From a virus (Duplodnaviria > Caudoviricetes): a stretch of 64,000 nt of DNA. The position numbers and the translations under genes were made by a program. The notes below the pieces were generated by a model. It saw only the letters and a list, made by a program, of their open reading frames with translations. It was not told where the DNA came from and did not search any database. Of this stretch, positions 53,160 through 64,000 are shown piece by piece (the first letter of the stretch is position 1; each line of letters opens with the position of its first letter). Location: the IMG/VR virus record IMGVR_UViG_3300027969_000040; one strand, 5' to 3'.

Positions 53160-56100
53160 ATGGCAACCAGAAAGACACTAAATCTTCTTCCAAGTATATT
53201 TCGGTCTGACACCAATAAGAAATTTCTTGGTGCGACACTGGACCAATTGGTCAGCGAACCAGAAATATCTAAGTTCAATGGTTTTATAGGAAGAAAGTTT
53301 TCACCAGTTAATAAGCCCAGCGATAACTTTATCAACGAGCCCACAGTTAGCAGAGAAAACTATCAATTTGAACCAGCTGTTGTTATTAAAAATACCAGCG
53401 ACGGTGTTGATTTATATGCAGATTACCAAGACTTATTAGAAAAAATCGAAACTCATGGTGGTATAATAGAAAATCATAATAGATTGTTTGAATCAGAATA
53501 TTATAGTTTCAATCCTAGAATTGACATGGATAAATTTATTAACTATACTAGGTATTTCTGGTTGCCAACAGGAACCGATCCGGTTACTGTATCTGCTGGC
53601 ACACCCGGTGATGACAGAACATTTGTAATTAATAGAAATGATGAAGGTGGGTATTCTACTATAAATCAAGATAATACACCAAATCCAACTATAACATTAG
53701 TGCGTGGCGGAGTATATAAATTTAATGTTAATCAGGTTGGGTCTAATTTTTGGATACAAACCGAAGTTGGCACAGACGGCTTTAAAGATTTTAATCAAAC
53801 TATTTCCACTAGAAACATCATTGGCGTTACTAACAACGGTACCAATTCTGGTACCATTACTTTTACAGTGCCCGAAAGGGATTCGCAAGACTATTATTTT
53901 AAAATGCCATTATTGGGATTTATAGATTATGCCATTGGCGATCCTTTCTCTACAATCGATGGACAATTCTGGGTAAATGGAAACAATGCACTAAGTCAAA
54001 TTGAAGGATCGCCAGCGTATCCACAAGAATACTATGTTGTTTTTACATCAACAAGTACAAACCCCGACGACTGGATTGATTACACAGGTAATATTGTACC
54101 AATAGATAAAAGACATGGTCTTTGGCAAATTACTATTAATCAAAATTCTAAAATACAAATGGTGTTTATTAGATCAATCCCATTGAGTTATAAAATTAGA
54201 ATTAATTATGGAACAAATGCCGGCAAAGAATTTTTTAAAAATTCAGAAGATAATTTAGTTCTATCTCCCCCAATTACTGCACCACTGTCAACATTATTTT
54301 ATCAAGACGAACTTAACGAATCTATAATAGGAAGAATTAATATTGTTGATTTCCCAGGTGACGGTATTAATGTTACTACAGACATCTTGGGTAAAAAAAC
54401 ATATACCAGTCCCAATGGGGTGGTATTTACTAATGGCCTAACAGTTGTTTTTGATAGCAGTGTGTTTCCTAATTCATATCGTAATATTAAATATATCATC
54501 GAAGGAGTCGGAAAGTCAATTAAATTAATAGATATAGCTCTATTAGAATCAGTTGAAAGCGTTGATACAACATCCATGGTACCGTTTGACAACGAACCAT
54601 TTGATACAGTTGGGTTGGATCAACCGATACCGATTAGTGTGGCTATACGCGATTACATTTTAATGAATAGATCCACTACAGATTTAAATGCGTGGGCTCG
54701 GGGTAATAGGTGGTTTCATGAAGATGCAATTGCAAAAGCAGCTGAATATAATAAAAAAACATTAAAAATTGATCCAAACAAAAGAGCCAATAGACCAATC
54801 ATTGAATTTGAAGAAGATTTACAATTATTTAATAGTGGCAAAAATTTACTTGCTATAATAGATAGAGCTGATACTAATTTTATAGGTACTGGCGAAAAAA
54901 TATTAAGTGCATACGCCGATGTTAATGACAAATACGTCAATGACCCATCTATTAAACGTCTGAACTACATAGAAGGTCAAGTGGTTATTTTTCCTAACGA
55001 TATTAGTAGTAACGTTAGAAATGCATTATTCAGAATTGAATTTAAATCTCAAAATACTGCAACATCATTTAATGGAACAGGAACAGGATATGTTGTTATT
55101 CGAGCCGGCACAACTCGAGTATATGAAAAAATAATAGACGGTAATAGAACAACATTTAGAGATCAGTACATACCGGGTACATTATTATATACAATAGATA
55201 ATACGTACATTGGGAAAATAAAATCAATTTTTAGTAATAATGAAATGATTTTAGAATCACCTGCCATGGCATCTTACACTGAGATAGTGGTAAAATTTAA
55301 TTATCCTAAGATCGTATTGCGTAAAATAAAAACAGCAGTAAATAATGATTCGGTGGTTATTAGGACAGGACTTAACGAAAAAAATACATTTTGGTTAAAT
55401 GCGGGTGTATGGGTATATGGTCAGTTAAAAACAGGTCTGCATACTCCTATTAAATTTGATGTAGTTGATAGCGATGGTATTAGTTTAGCTAGCCCATCAA
55501 AATATACTGAAAGTAAATTTGCCGGAACGACTATATTTTCTTATGACATAGGAACTAGTAGTACAATAGATCCTATACTTGGTTTTAAATTACGTTATAC
55601 TGGAGTGGGCAATTCAATATCAGATATTAATTTTGTAAACTCTTTTGAGACTGATACATTTACATATAAACCATATGATTATAAAACATTAAATATTTCT
55701 TCAATTGGATATTTAAGCAAACGTACCGGAAGAAATACTTATAGCTTGCTAACTGTTTGGCAATCAATATCAGAGCCTACAAAACAATACCAACATATAT
55801 CGGAAACGTCGGACGGTTTGACTAATTATTTTGAAATTGATGTATTACCTGACGTGGCGGTAATACAACCAAACATAAAAGTTTTTGTTAATAATACATT
55901 AATTAAAAATAACGAGTTTGTTGTTGAAACTGTAGGAGTTAGACATGCCGCTAATATATTAACTACAGTTCTTGCTGATGATAAAATTGATATATTAGTT
56001 TATAGTAAAAACTCAATTAGTGATCTTGGGTATTATCAAATTCCAAGCAACTTAGAATTTAATGCACAAAACTATTCAATAACGAATATTACACTAGGAC

Positions 56101-59100
56101 AATTCAGAGGACACTGGGATGCCATTGGAAAAAATACCATTGGATTAATTGGAAATCCTATATCATCAAATAATTTACGCGATCTAAATACCAATGCGCA
56201 ACCTGGTTTAATTTTACAACATTCTTCTCCTTTAATTTATGCATCGTTATTTTTAATTGACCCATACCTTAATTTTATCAATAGTATTGAACTTGCACGT
56301 AGTGAATATTCAAAATTTAAAAATAAGTTTTTGGAACTATGTGTAAACACTCCCAACCTTCCGCGTAACAACACACCTGCCGGGGTTGATGCTATTTTAA
56401 AAATTATTAACGGAGTAAAAAATCAAACATTCCCCTGGCATTATTCAGACATGATTCCCTGGGGAACCGATGTTGTAGTTGACACATATAAAATAATTAA
56501 TACACAAACTAGAATATATACATTGAATAACATATATCTATCGTCCATAGGCGATAGAATGTATCCAAAAAATGGACCATCAAATTGTGCCGTTCTTGTT
56601 TATATTAATAATAGATTGTTAACTATTGATGTCGAATATACTATTACCAATGGTAATCCTTATATTAATTTTACCGATGCTGTAACATTGCACGAAGATG
56701 ATTTGCTTGTAATAAAAGGTTACAAAAATACTGATGGTAGTTACATACCCGAAACTCCTACTAAAATGGGAATGTATCCAAAATTTGTTCCGGGTAAATT
56801 TTTAGATTCGTCATTCAGAACACCTATAAATGTAATACAAGGACACGACGGAAGTAGAATTCCAATATTCAATGACTTAAGAGATGACTATCTATTAGAA
56901 CTTGAAAAAAGAATATTTAATAACATTAAAGTAGAATACAATCCCGAATTGTTTGACGTATTTGCATTTGTACCCGGCAAGTTTAGAAACAATGATTACA
57001 CCAGGCTTGAATTTAATGAAGTATTAAACTCTGACTTTTTAAAGTGGATAGGAACCAATCAATTGGACATTGGCAGTAATGAATATTTCTTATCCAATAA
57101 CGAATTTAGTTGGAACTATAATCAGACTACTGATTCGGTCAATGACGAAAAGCTGCCCGGTTATTGGAAAGGCGTGTATCAGTATTATTACGATACATGT
57201 CGCCCACATACGCATCCGTGGGAAATGTTAGGAATACAAAGTAAACCAATTTGGTGGGAAACTACATACGGTGCTGCCCCATATACAAACACTAATACTC
57301 AAATGTGGACCGATTTAACATACGGATATAATCGCGGGGATCGTATTACTAATACAAAATATGCAAGACCGGGATTGATGAAAATTATTCCAGTTAGTGC
57401 CACTGGTGAATTATTATCACCATTGACTAGTTTAGTAAAAAAATATAACGGGACTACTTTCAATCAGAGTTACGCAATAGGGGACCAAGGGCCGGTTGAG
57501 TCTGCTTGGAGAAATACCAGCGAATATGTGTTTTCATTACACCGGGCAATAGCATTGCTAAAACCTGCTAAGTATTTTGGATTATTTTTTAATACATCAT
57601 CTTACATTAAAGATTCGGCAATAAATCAGTTTGTGTTGAAAAGTAACAAAAAAAGAATAACTCCGGATTCGTTATTAATTAACGGAGAAATGGTAGCAGA
57701 TACAATAACTAGATCTTCAAGTTATGTAAATTGGATCCACGGATACTTAACCAATTTGGGAATTAATGCAGCACAAAAAATAAGAACTACAATTAATAAT
57801 CTAGATATCAGATTGGGGTATAGGATGTCGGGCTACAGTGACAAATCTTATTTTACTGCTCTAGTAGAACAATATAGCCCTACTAGTGTAAATCAATCTG
57901 CTATTATACCACCTGAAAATTATATTGTACATTTAAATAAAAGTTCTCCTATACGTACTGCAACCTATAGTGGTGTTATTATTTCCAAAACCACGGGCGG
58001 TTACGTTATCAATGGATACAATTTAAAAGTTCCTTATTTTACAGTTATACCTAGTTTAATAAATGGTAATTTTTATAAAATTGAAGTAGTTAATGTAAGT
58101 GCAGTTATATATAAAGATTACGTCGATGAAAAAGTAAACGTGCCGTATGGATTTGAATTTGGTTCGTCGCAGGAATTAGTTGACTTTTTAATCGGGTATG
58201 AACGATTCTTAATGTCTCAGGGTTTTATATTTGAAGGTTACGATTCGGATCTTGGCGAAGTAAAAAGTTGGGCATTGAGTGCGAAAGAATTTTTAGGGTG
58301 GACTTTACAAGGTTGGACAGAAGGCAATGTATTAGTACTAAGCCCTGTGCATTATACACTACAATTATTTTCAACTGACTCAGTTGTAGACACTGTGATT
58401 GGACAAACCTCTAATACTCAAGTATTAGGACCAAATTTTAATGTCATTAAAGCTGATGAAATTACCGTATTAAAAGAACCGGGGCGCACAACCGTTACTA
58501 TAATTTCTGGACAAACTATTGCATATATGGAACTACATTTAGTTCAATATGAACATGTATTAATATTTGACAATTCGACTGTGTTTGCTGATATTATATA
58601 TAAACCAGAATTAGGCAGTCGACAGTACAGATTAAAATTAATTGGAGCCAAAACAACCAATTGGGACGGATCATTAAACATACCCGGATTTATTTATAAC
58701 ACTGGAAAAATTGAACAATGGACCCCTGGCAGAGATTATAAAAAAGCAGATATCATTCAATATAAAAAACAAAACTATACAGCTATTGCAAATATTTCTG
58801 GCGCAGATACGTTTAATCATGATGTATGGAGTATAACCGATCGTAGTATTGTAGCAGGACTAGTACCAAACTTTTCTCAAAATGCAGCTAAGTTTGATAC
58901 AATATATAGTTTAGACACTCCAAATATAAACAGTTATTTTGCTGGGTTCAGCAATGGATTAACCGGATATAGAAGTAGGCAGTATCTTGAAGATTTGGGA
59001 ATGGACCAAATTGCTCAATCTAAATTTTATCAAGGTTACATAAAAGATAAGGGTACATTCAATTCAATATCGGCATTATTTAAAGCTCAACTTGATAATA

Positions 59101-62100
59101 CAATAAACAATGTAGAGATATTTGAAGAATGGGGACTAAGAGTAGGCGAGTACGGAGCAAATAAAACAAATCAATCAATTGAATTAATTTTATACGAACA
59201 GGCGTTTCGCGATAGTCCAGCAGTGTTTACAGTAATCAATGGAACAGAAATTCCGCCACCACGTGTAAAATTCTTTCGACCAAATGCTTTACTAAGCAGA
59301 GGTATAGATTTTAAATTACCGTTATTCTCAAATCGACCAATGAATGAATATTTTGAGACTGATATAAAGACCGCAGGATATATTAGCATCGACGATATAG
59401 ATAGCATGATGTTTGATTTTAATGATTATAAAGATTTAAATTTAACAATATTAGCCGATCTAATAAATGGATATAAACTTTGGGTTGCTAAAGATTTTAA
59501 TAAAGATTGGCAAGTTTACAAAGTAGTAGAAGTAGATAACCTGGTACTTGGCATTAGTTATGGATTAGACAATAAGGCTGTTTTTACTACTTTGTATGAT
59601 CATGGCTTACAGATTGCTGATATGATAGCTGTCAGAGATTTAAATTCTACATATGATGGTTTTTATCAAGTATTAAATGTTGAAGAACCAAATACTTTTG
59701 TTTGTATTATACCCGACGAATTGGTATCAGCAATACAATCTGTACCAGCATACGGAGCTGGAACTTTATTTTTATTACAAAAATCAAGATACAAAACAAC
59801 AGAACTCAGAGAATCTAAAGTTACAAAAAGTATTTGGGAAGCTGGGGATTTAGTATGGATAGATGAAGACAATGGGCCAAGTTGGGCTGCATATACATTC
59901 GTACGCAGCGACCCGGGCAATTTTAGCGGAACTTATAATTTTTGGGGAATTGATAAAGGCTCTATAATATTCAGATCATCTGGATTACCATACCATAAAT
60001 TTGGAAATATACAACTTGACGTAACAGCAGTCAAACAAAATTATAATCGAGTATGGCCTATTTACGCCGGCGTAAATATACCAGCAACATTTGTAATTGA
60101 TACCGGAAGCGGAATAATTGGGTTTTGTTTAAATGGTGTACCAATTTACGGTAGTATCGAAGCTGACTTTACAGCACCTCCTGGTTATAACACTCCCGGA
60201 GGCTTTAATTATAACTTGTCGTACTCGGATTACGATTCCTTCATGATAGATGCCGCTGGCGGCACTACAACATTAAATGGCGAGTATTTTTATAGAAGCT
60301 TTACTTTTGCTCAGGCCTGGAATACAGGAATTGGTGGCAACGACACCAGAGTAGATGTAGAGTATAAGTCGGAGATTTTGTCTATTGCATATCTAGGTGG
60401 AGGCCTGACGCATCCCAATGGGCATAGTAAGATACTAGGATTTGCAATTGATGGCTATCCAATTTACGGGCCATATGGTCACTCAAACCCAAGTAACATT
60501 CGTACACCAATTATACGAATGACCAGTGGATATGTTCTTAAAGACCCTGCGTACAGAGCACCAACTGAGGCATGTGATTTAAATATGTATCCAATGGGTA
60601 TGTTTGCACAAGATTATGAATTTACTCAAGATGGTACATTAGACGAGCACAATGGAAGATATTGTATTACTCCTGACTACCCCAATGGTACATATGCATA
60701 TTTTGCCACAGTTAATAATTCTGGGCCTACATATCCATATTTCATTGGTCCTACTTTTTATGGTGATGTTTCCTCAGTAGGAAATTCTCTTATACCCGGA
60801 CCGGGCGTTAAACCAATTATATTTGACGATCAGATCAACACCGTTTGGAATTTATATAAAAGACAAGAGCCTTCGGTTGATTTTAATAGCATGCGTGGCA
60901 TGCATTTGGTAGACACTGTTAATAAAAATATTCTTGTTAAATTAGATATAATTGATCCAGCTAAAGGAAGAGTGCTTGGAATAGCGCAAGCCGATATAGA
61001 TTTCATTACATCACTTGATCCTGCATTTTATAATAACGGCACAGATGATTTCTTAGCTATTGATAGTGAATTCAATTGGGGTGAGCAACAAATAGGATCA
61101 GTCTGGTGGGATTTAGAAGCGGTTAGATATTACGACTACGAGCAAGGTCCAATTGAATATAGAGCAGAAAATTGGGGTAAAACATTTACCGGAAGTAACA
61201 TTTTTATTTACGAATGGGTATCAAGTGATGTATTGCCATCTATGTATGTTTCCAGTGGATTAGATGGTATTCCAAAATATGCCGACGATTCTGGATATTC
61301 TACATTATATTATGTTGACGACATTACAATGACAGTTAAGACCAAATACTATTATTGGGTCAGAGCTAAAACTAGTATAGGAAAAAATTCAAAATTACAT
61401 AGTGTACTTTCATTGGAACAAATAATTGCAGATCCCGGAAAACAAAGCATACCATATGCAGCATTACTTGACAATAAAACAATTGCATTATTTAATATTG
61501 GAAAATATCTATTAGAAGATAGAATAGCATTACATATCGACTATTCATTGTCTAGGAATGAAAATATTTTACATAGTGAATTTGAATTATTTCAACAGGG
61601 TAATAAACATGCAATAATGAACCCTCGTATTGAGAAAAAAATAATTGATAGTTTAGTCGGTGTAGATGAAAATAGAAATTTAGTACCAGACCCTAGTTTA
61701 TTACCTGCAGACCGACTTGGGGTTTCTAATAGACCAATACAATCAGTGATAGCTAATAGACTAGTGGCTCTTGAAAATATAATTGGATTCATTAATCAAA
61801 TCTTATTAAAATATCCAGTTGCATCACGATTAATTGATAAAGAAACAGTACACTCTGACAATTTTTATGCGTCAGAACCATACCCTGCCGAGACCGAATA
61901 CGATTCTATTGTTGATAGATTTATTGAATTAGATTACTTATTTGAGATATACCCGACAGATTTAGTAATAGGTAAAGAATATATCATTGCACAAGTTTCT
62001 AATACTAATTTTGTTGCATTAGGTGCCAGTGCAAATGAAATTGGTATTAGATTTAAAGCAACCGGAACCGGAACCGGTCTTGGTACTGCATTTTATAGTC

Positions 62101-64000
62101 GACTTTTAGTTAGTAAAGATATTAATAACGGAAATAGATGGGCAATTTATTATAAACGTGTAGGTGTTAATCCTGCACCATCATTAATAAAAATTCAATC
62201 TTATAATACAACTAATTTTTGGAATTTTACAGATTGGTATTCCGAAGAGCACAGCAGTGACACACTAGTAATTACCAAAACTTTTGATAACTACAACTTG
62301 ACGTATACTGATAGTTTTAATGTAGGTGATATTGTTAAGATCAATGACAACGGAAAAGGTAAATTTTCAATCTATAGATTCAATGAAAATAATATTCTTG
62401 AGTTAATAGCAATTGAATCGGGCACTATTCAAATATCTTCTAAATTCTGGAATACATCAGGATTTGATCATGAGGGTATGGACTTCTTATCCTACGATTA
62501 CAGTTACTTTGATGAATTACGTTATATATTTAAAGGTATCAAAGAAGATATTTTTGTAAAAGATTTAGAAATTTATTACAATCAATTTTTATTTTATGTA
62601 ATTGAATATGTGCTGTCAGAACAAAGATATGTAGACTGGATTTTTAAAACTAGTTTTATATCGGTAATTCACGAACTGCAAGGATTGGTACAATTACCTT
62701 CGTATGTTAAAGATCGACAAGCACTGTACGAACAATATATCAATGAAGTTAAACCTTACAGAACAAAAATCAGAGAATACATATTAAAATATTCTAATTT
62801 AGAAACATTGGACACAAATACTGTAACTGACTTTGACTTGCCATCATATTATGACTTTGAATTAGAAAAATTCCGTAGTCCCAATGGAGAGTTTCCATCA
62901 AAGGATGCAGCACTATTAGCAACCAAACCGGAATATCAAGATTGGAATAACCATCACGGATATTCAATTGGCTCAATTGAAATAGCAAATGCAGGTGTTG
63001 GTTACATTTCTAATGGACAAGTCGTAACACCTGACATATCTATAATTCCCACCGATGAAACAGGATACGGCGCCAATGCTACCGTAGTAATAGATCAAAG
63101 AATTGCTGGTGCAATATCATCTGTTAATATTACAACTCCTGGGGATTTTTATACTACCACCCCGCTAATAGTTGTTAGTGGAGTGGGTGCAACTCAAATG
63201 AGTAGATATCAAGCTGGACAGCCAAAAGCTGCCAAATTGAGTCCAAGATTGTTGAATAAGAAAATAAGAAAAATTAATACTACAATAAAATTTGATAGAA
63301 TTTCTTACGAAACCCAAGTTCAACAGTGGATCCCAAATACTAACTATGATAGTGGTGTATATGTAACATATCGAGGACAGGGTTATATAACAAAATCAAA
63401 TATTGGAACATTAAATAAATTTGATAAAACTCAATTTACTAGTGTGTCGCCAACTGTATTTAATAATGCAAATGATCGAGTAACGGCATTTTATAATCCC
63501 ACTGCGTCAATGATACCAAACGTATTATCCAGACTAATGACCGGGTTGGATAGACCTACCCTGTCTGGAGAAAATGAAGTAGTAATTGATACAGCAATAC
63601 AGGGCGGCGGATTTACCGGAACCTCTATAGCAGCAGGAAGATTTGTGATAGGCAAGGCCTATATTATTATTAATATAGGTAATACTGATTTTACGCTATG
63701 CGGCGCATCGGCCAACAAAACAGGATTAAAATTTACAGCGACAGATGTAGGTGCCGGAACAGGATCGGCAACAATTGCATTATCCACCTCGGGGTATGGA
63801 ACAGAGTTTGGTATTGAGCCAGGTTCAATTACATTAACAGGTGGTGCTTTTGTTTATGAAACATTTAGTCATGCTCCGGAAGAAATGTTACCCGGCATAA
63901 CATTTGATGCTATAAGTATACGTGTTGTGGATGATAGCGGTGTAGGGTATAGAAGATTTACAAATATGAATGGAATAAAAACGGTATCAAACACCGCACC
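53160..64000 (+). CDS. Giant baseplate wedge/structural protein (gp7-like position), >3600 aa, truncated by the window edge; not in the ORF track
   Basis: ATG at 53160 (MATRKTLNLLPSIFRSDTNKKFLGATLDQLV). The same frame was open at every spot I checked (57000, 59040 FYQGYIKDKGT, 60060-60700, 61920, 63600, 63960), and the track lists no terminated ORF in this frame. It contains a YHYH-like domain. Confidence 0.85.
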   Translation, partial: MATRKTLNLLPSIFRSDTNKKFLGATLDQLVSEPEISKFNGFIGRKFSPVNKPSDNFINEPTVSRENYQFEPAVVIKNTSDGVDLYADYQDLLEKIETHGGIIENHNRLFESEYYSFNPRIDMDKFINYTRYFWLPTGTDPVTVSAGTPGDDRTFVINRNDEGGYSTINQDNTPNPTITLVRGGVYKFNVNQVGSNFWIQTEVGTDGFKDFNQTISTRNIIGVTNNGTNSGTITFTVPERDSQDYYFKMPLLGFIDYAIGDPFSTIDGQFWVNGNNALSQIEGSPAYPQEYYVVFTSTSTNPDDWIDYTGNIVPIDKRHGLWQITINQNSKIQMVFIRSIPLSYKIRINYGTNAGKEFFKNSEDNLVLSPPITAPLSTLFYQDELNESIIGRINIVDFPGDGINVTTDILGKKTYTSPNGVVFTNGLTVVFDSSVFPNSYRNIKYIIEGVGKSIKLIDIALLESVESVDTTSMVPFDNEPFDTVGLDQPIPISVAIRDYILMNRSTTDLNAWARGNRWFHEDAIAKAAEYNKKTLKIDPNKRANRPIIEFEEDLQLFNSGKNLLAIIDRADTNFIGTGEKILSAYADVNDKYVNDPSIKRLNYIEGQVVIFPNDISSNVRNALFRIEFKSQNTATSFNGTGTGYVVIRAGTTRVYEKIIDGNRTTFRDQYIPGTLLYTIDNTYIGKIKSIFSNNEMILESPAMASYTEIVVKFNYPKIVLRKIKTAVNNDSVVIRTGLNEKNTFWLNAGVWVYGQLKTGLHTPIKFDVVDSDGISLASPSKYTESKFAGTTIFSYDIGTSSTIDPILGFKLRYTGVGNSISDINFVNSFETDTFTYKPYDYKTLNISSIGYLSKRTGRNTYSLLTVWQSISEPTKQYQHISETSDGLTNYFEIDVLPDVAVIQPNIKVFVNNTLIKNNEFVVETVGVRHAANILTTVLADDKIDILVYSKNSISDLGYYQIPSNLEFNAQNYSITNITLGQFRGHWDAIGKNTIGLIGNPISSNNLRDLNTNAQPGLILQHSSPLIYASLFLIDPYLNFINSIELARSEYSKFKNKFLELCVNTPNLPRNNTPAGVDAILKIINGVKNQTFPWHYSDMIPWGTDVVVDTYKIINTQTRIYTLNNIYLSSIGDRMYPKNGPSNCAVLVYINNRLLTIDVEYTITNGNPYINFTDAVTLHEDDLLVIKGYKNTDGSYIPETPTKMGMYPKFVPGKFLDSSFRTPINVIQGHDGSRIPIFNDLRDDYLLELEKRIFNNIKVEYNPELFDVFAFVPGKFRNNDYTRLEFNEVLNSDFLKWIGTNQLDIGSNEYFLSNNEFSWNYNQTTDSVNDEKLPGYWKGVYQYYYDTCRPHTHPWEMLGIQSKPIWWETTYGAAPYTNTNTQMWTDLTYGYNRGDRITNTKYARPGLMKIIPVSATGELLSPLTSLVKKYNGTTFNQSYAIGDQGPVESAWRNTSEYVFSLHRAIALLKPAKYFGLFFNTSSYIKDSAINQFVLKSNKKRITPDSLLINGEMVADTITRSSSYVNWIHGYLTNLGINAAQKIRTTINNLDIRLGYRMSGYSDKSYFTALVEQYSPTSVNQSAIIPPENYIVHLNKSSPIRTATYSGVIISKTTGGYVINGYNLKVPYFTVIPSLINGNFYKIEVVNVSAVIYKDYVDEKVNVPYGFEFGSSQELVDFLIGYERFLMSQGFIFEGYDSDLGEVKSWALSAKEFLGWTLQGWTEGNVLVLSPVHYTLQLFSTDSVVDTVIGQTSNTQVLGPNFNVIKADEITVLKEPGRTTVTIISGQTIAYMELHLVQYEHVLIFDNSTVFADIIYKPELGSRQYRLKLIGAKTTNWDGSLNIPGFIYNTGKIEQWTPGRDYKKADIIQYKKQNYTAIANISGADTFNHDVWSITDRSIVAGLVPNFSQNAAKFDTIYSLDTPNINSYFAGFSNGLTGYRSRQYLEDLGMDQIAQSKFYQGYIKDKGTFNSISALFKAQLDNTINNVEIFEEWGLRVGEYGANKTNQSIELILYEQAFRDSPAVFTVINGTEIPPPRVKFFRPNALLSRGIDFKLPLFSNRPMNEYFETDIKTAGYISIDDIDSMMFDFNDYKDLNLTILADLINGYKLWVAKDFNKDWQVYKVVEVDNLVLGISYGLDNKAVFTTLYDHGLQIADMIAVRDLNSTYDGFYQVLNVEEPNTFVCIIPDELVSAIQSVPAYGAGTLFLLQKSRYKTTELRESKVTKSIWEAGDLVWIDEDNGPSWAAYTFVRSDPGNFSGTYNFWGIDKGSIIFRSSGLPYHKFGNIQLDVTAVKQNYNRVWPIYAGVNIPATFVIDTGSGIIGFCLNGVPIYGSIEADFTAPPGYNTPGGFNYNLSYSDYDSFMIDAAGGTTTLNGEYFYRSFTFAQAWNTGIGGNDTRVDVEYKSEILSIAYLGGGLTHPNGHSKILGFAIDGYPIYGPYGHSNPSNIRTPIIRMTSGYVLKDPAYRAPTEACDLNMYPMGMFAQDYEFTQDGTLDEHNGRYCITPDYPNGTYAYFATVNNSGPTYPYFIGPTFYGDVSSVGNSLIPGPGVKPIIFDDQINTVWNLYKRQEPSVDFNSMRGMHLVDTVNKNILVKLDIIDPAKGRVLGIAQADIDFITSLDPAFYNNGTDDFLAIDSEFNWGEQQIGSVWWDLEAVRYYDYEQGPIEYRAENWGKTFTGSNIFIYEWVSSDVLPSMYVSSGLDGIPKYADDSGYSTLYYVDDITMTVKTKYYYWVRAKTSIGKNSKLHSVLSLEQIIADPGKQSIPYAALLDNKTIALFNIGKYLLEDRIALHIDYSLSRNENILHSEFELFQQGNKHAIMNPRIEKKIIDSLVGVDENRNLVPDPSLLPADRLGVSNRPIQSVIANRLVALENIIGFINQILLKYPVASRLIDKETVHSDNFYASEPYPAETEYDSIVDRFIELDYLFEIYPTDLVIGKEYIIAQVSNTNFVALGASANEIGIRFKATGTGTGLGTAFYSRLLVSKDINNGNRWAIYYKRVGVNPAPSLIKIQSYNTTNFWNFTDWYSEEHSSDTLVITKTFDNYNLTYTDSFNVGDIVKINDNGKGKFSIYRFNENNILELIAIESGTIQISSKFWNTSGFDHEGMDFLSYDYSYFDELRYIFKGIKEDIFVKDLEIYYNQFLFYVIEYVLSEQRYVDWIFKTSFISVIHELQGLVQLPSYVKDRQALYEQYINEVKPYRTKIREYILKYSNLETLDTNTVTDFDLPSYYDFELEKFRSPNGEFPSKDAALLATKPEYQDWNNHHGYSIGSIEIANAGVGYISNGQVVTPDISIIPTDETGYGANATVVIDQRIAGAISSVNITTPGDFYTTTPLIVVSGVGATQMSRYQAGQPKAAKLSPRLLNKKIRKINTTIKFDRISYETQVQQWIPNTNYDSGVYVTYRGQGYITKSNIGTLNKFDKTQFTSVSPTVFNNANDRVTAFYNPTASMIPNVLSRLMTGLDRPTLSGENEVVIDTAIQGGGFTGTSIAAGRFVIGKAYIIINIGNTDFTLCGASANKTGLKFTATDVGAGTGSATIALSTSGYGTEFGIEPGSITLTGGAFVYETFSHAPEEMLPGITFDAISIRVVDDSGVGYRRFTNMNGIKTVSNTA

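Overview
This AT-rich 64 kb window is the virion-morphogenesis region of a very large tailed phage, a contractile-tailed T4-superfamily or jumbo myovirus. The protein sizes and baseplate architecture recall Rak2-like and environmental jumbo phages, which is an inference from recalled motifs and not a search result. From 1 to 37.4 kb (minus strand) it carries tail-fibre/appendage genes of up to about 2240 aa with SGNH esterase, lectin, Ig-like, glycine-rich and collagen modules, then the head module (gp23 MCP, gp22 scaffold, gp21 protease, core protein, gp20 portal) and a 1549-aa tape-measure-like protein. At 37.5-38.6 kb (plus) is a gp26-like tail/hub chaperone whose 3' end looks like a programmed -1 frameshift. 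At 38.56-39.02 kb is a roughly 460-nt non-coding, hairpin-dense segment. At 39.0-43.4 kb (minus) is a T4-like 55-47-46 block followed by a PD-(D/E)XK resolvase. From 43.5 to 64 kb (plus) is the baseplate operon, ending in a >3600-aa ORF that runs off the window. The ORF track missed both edge-truncated ORFs (1-1073 and 53160-64000) and the frameshift ORF. Late promoters (T)ATAAATA precede most structural units. I found no tRNA, CRISPR array, integrase, reverse transcriptase or transposase. The strongest leads are the structured non-coding segment, the -1 frameshift, a probable AUU start for the late sigma factor, an in-frame TAA between two giant fibre ORFs, a three-hairpin 5' leader and a 25-aa repeat ladder in the tape measure. 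All homology calls come from recalled motifs and gene order; no database searches were run.
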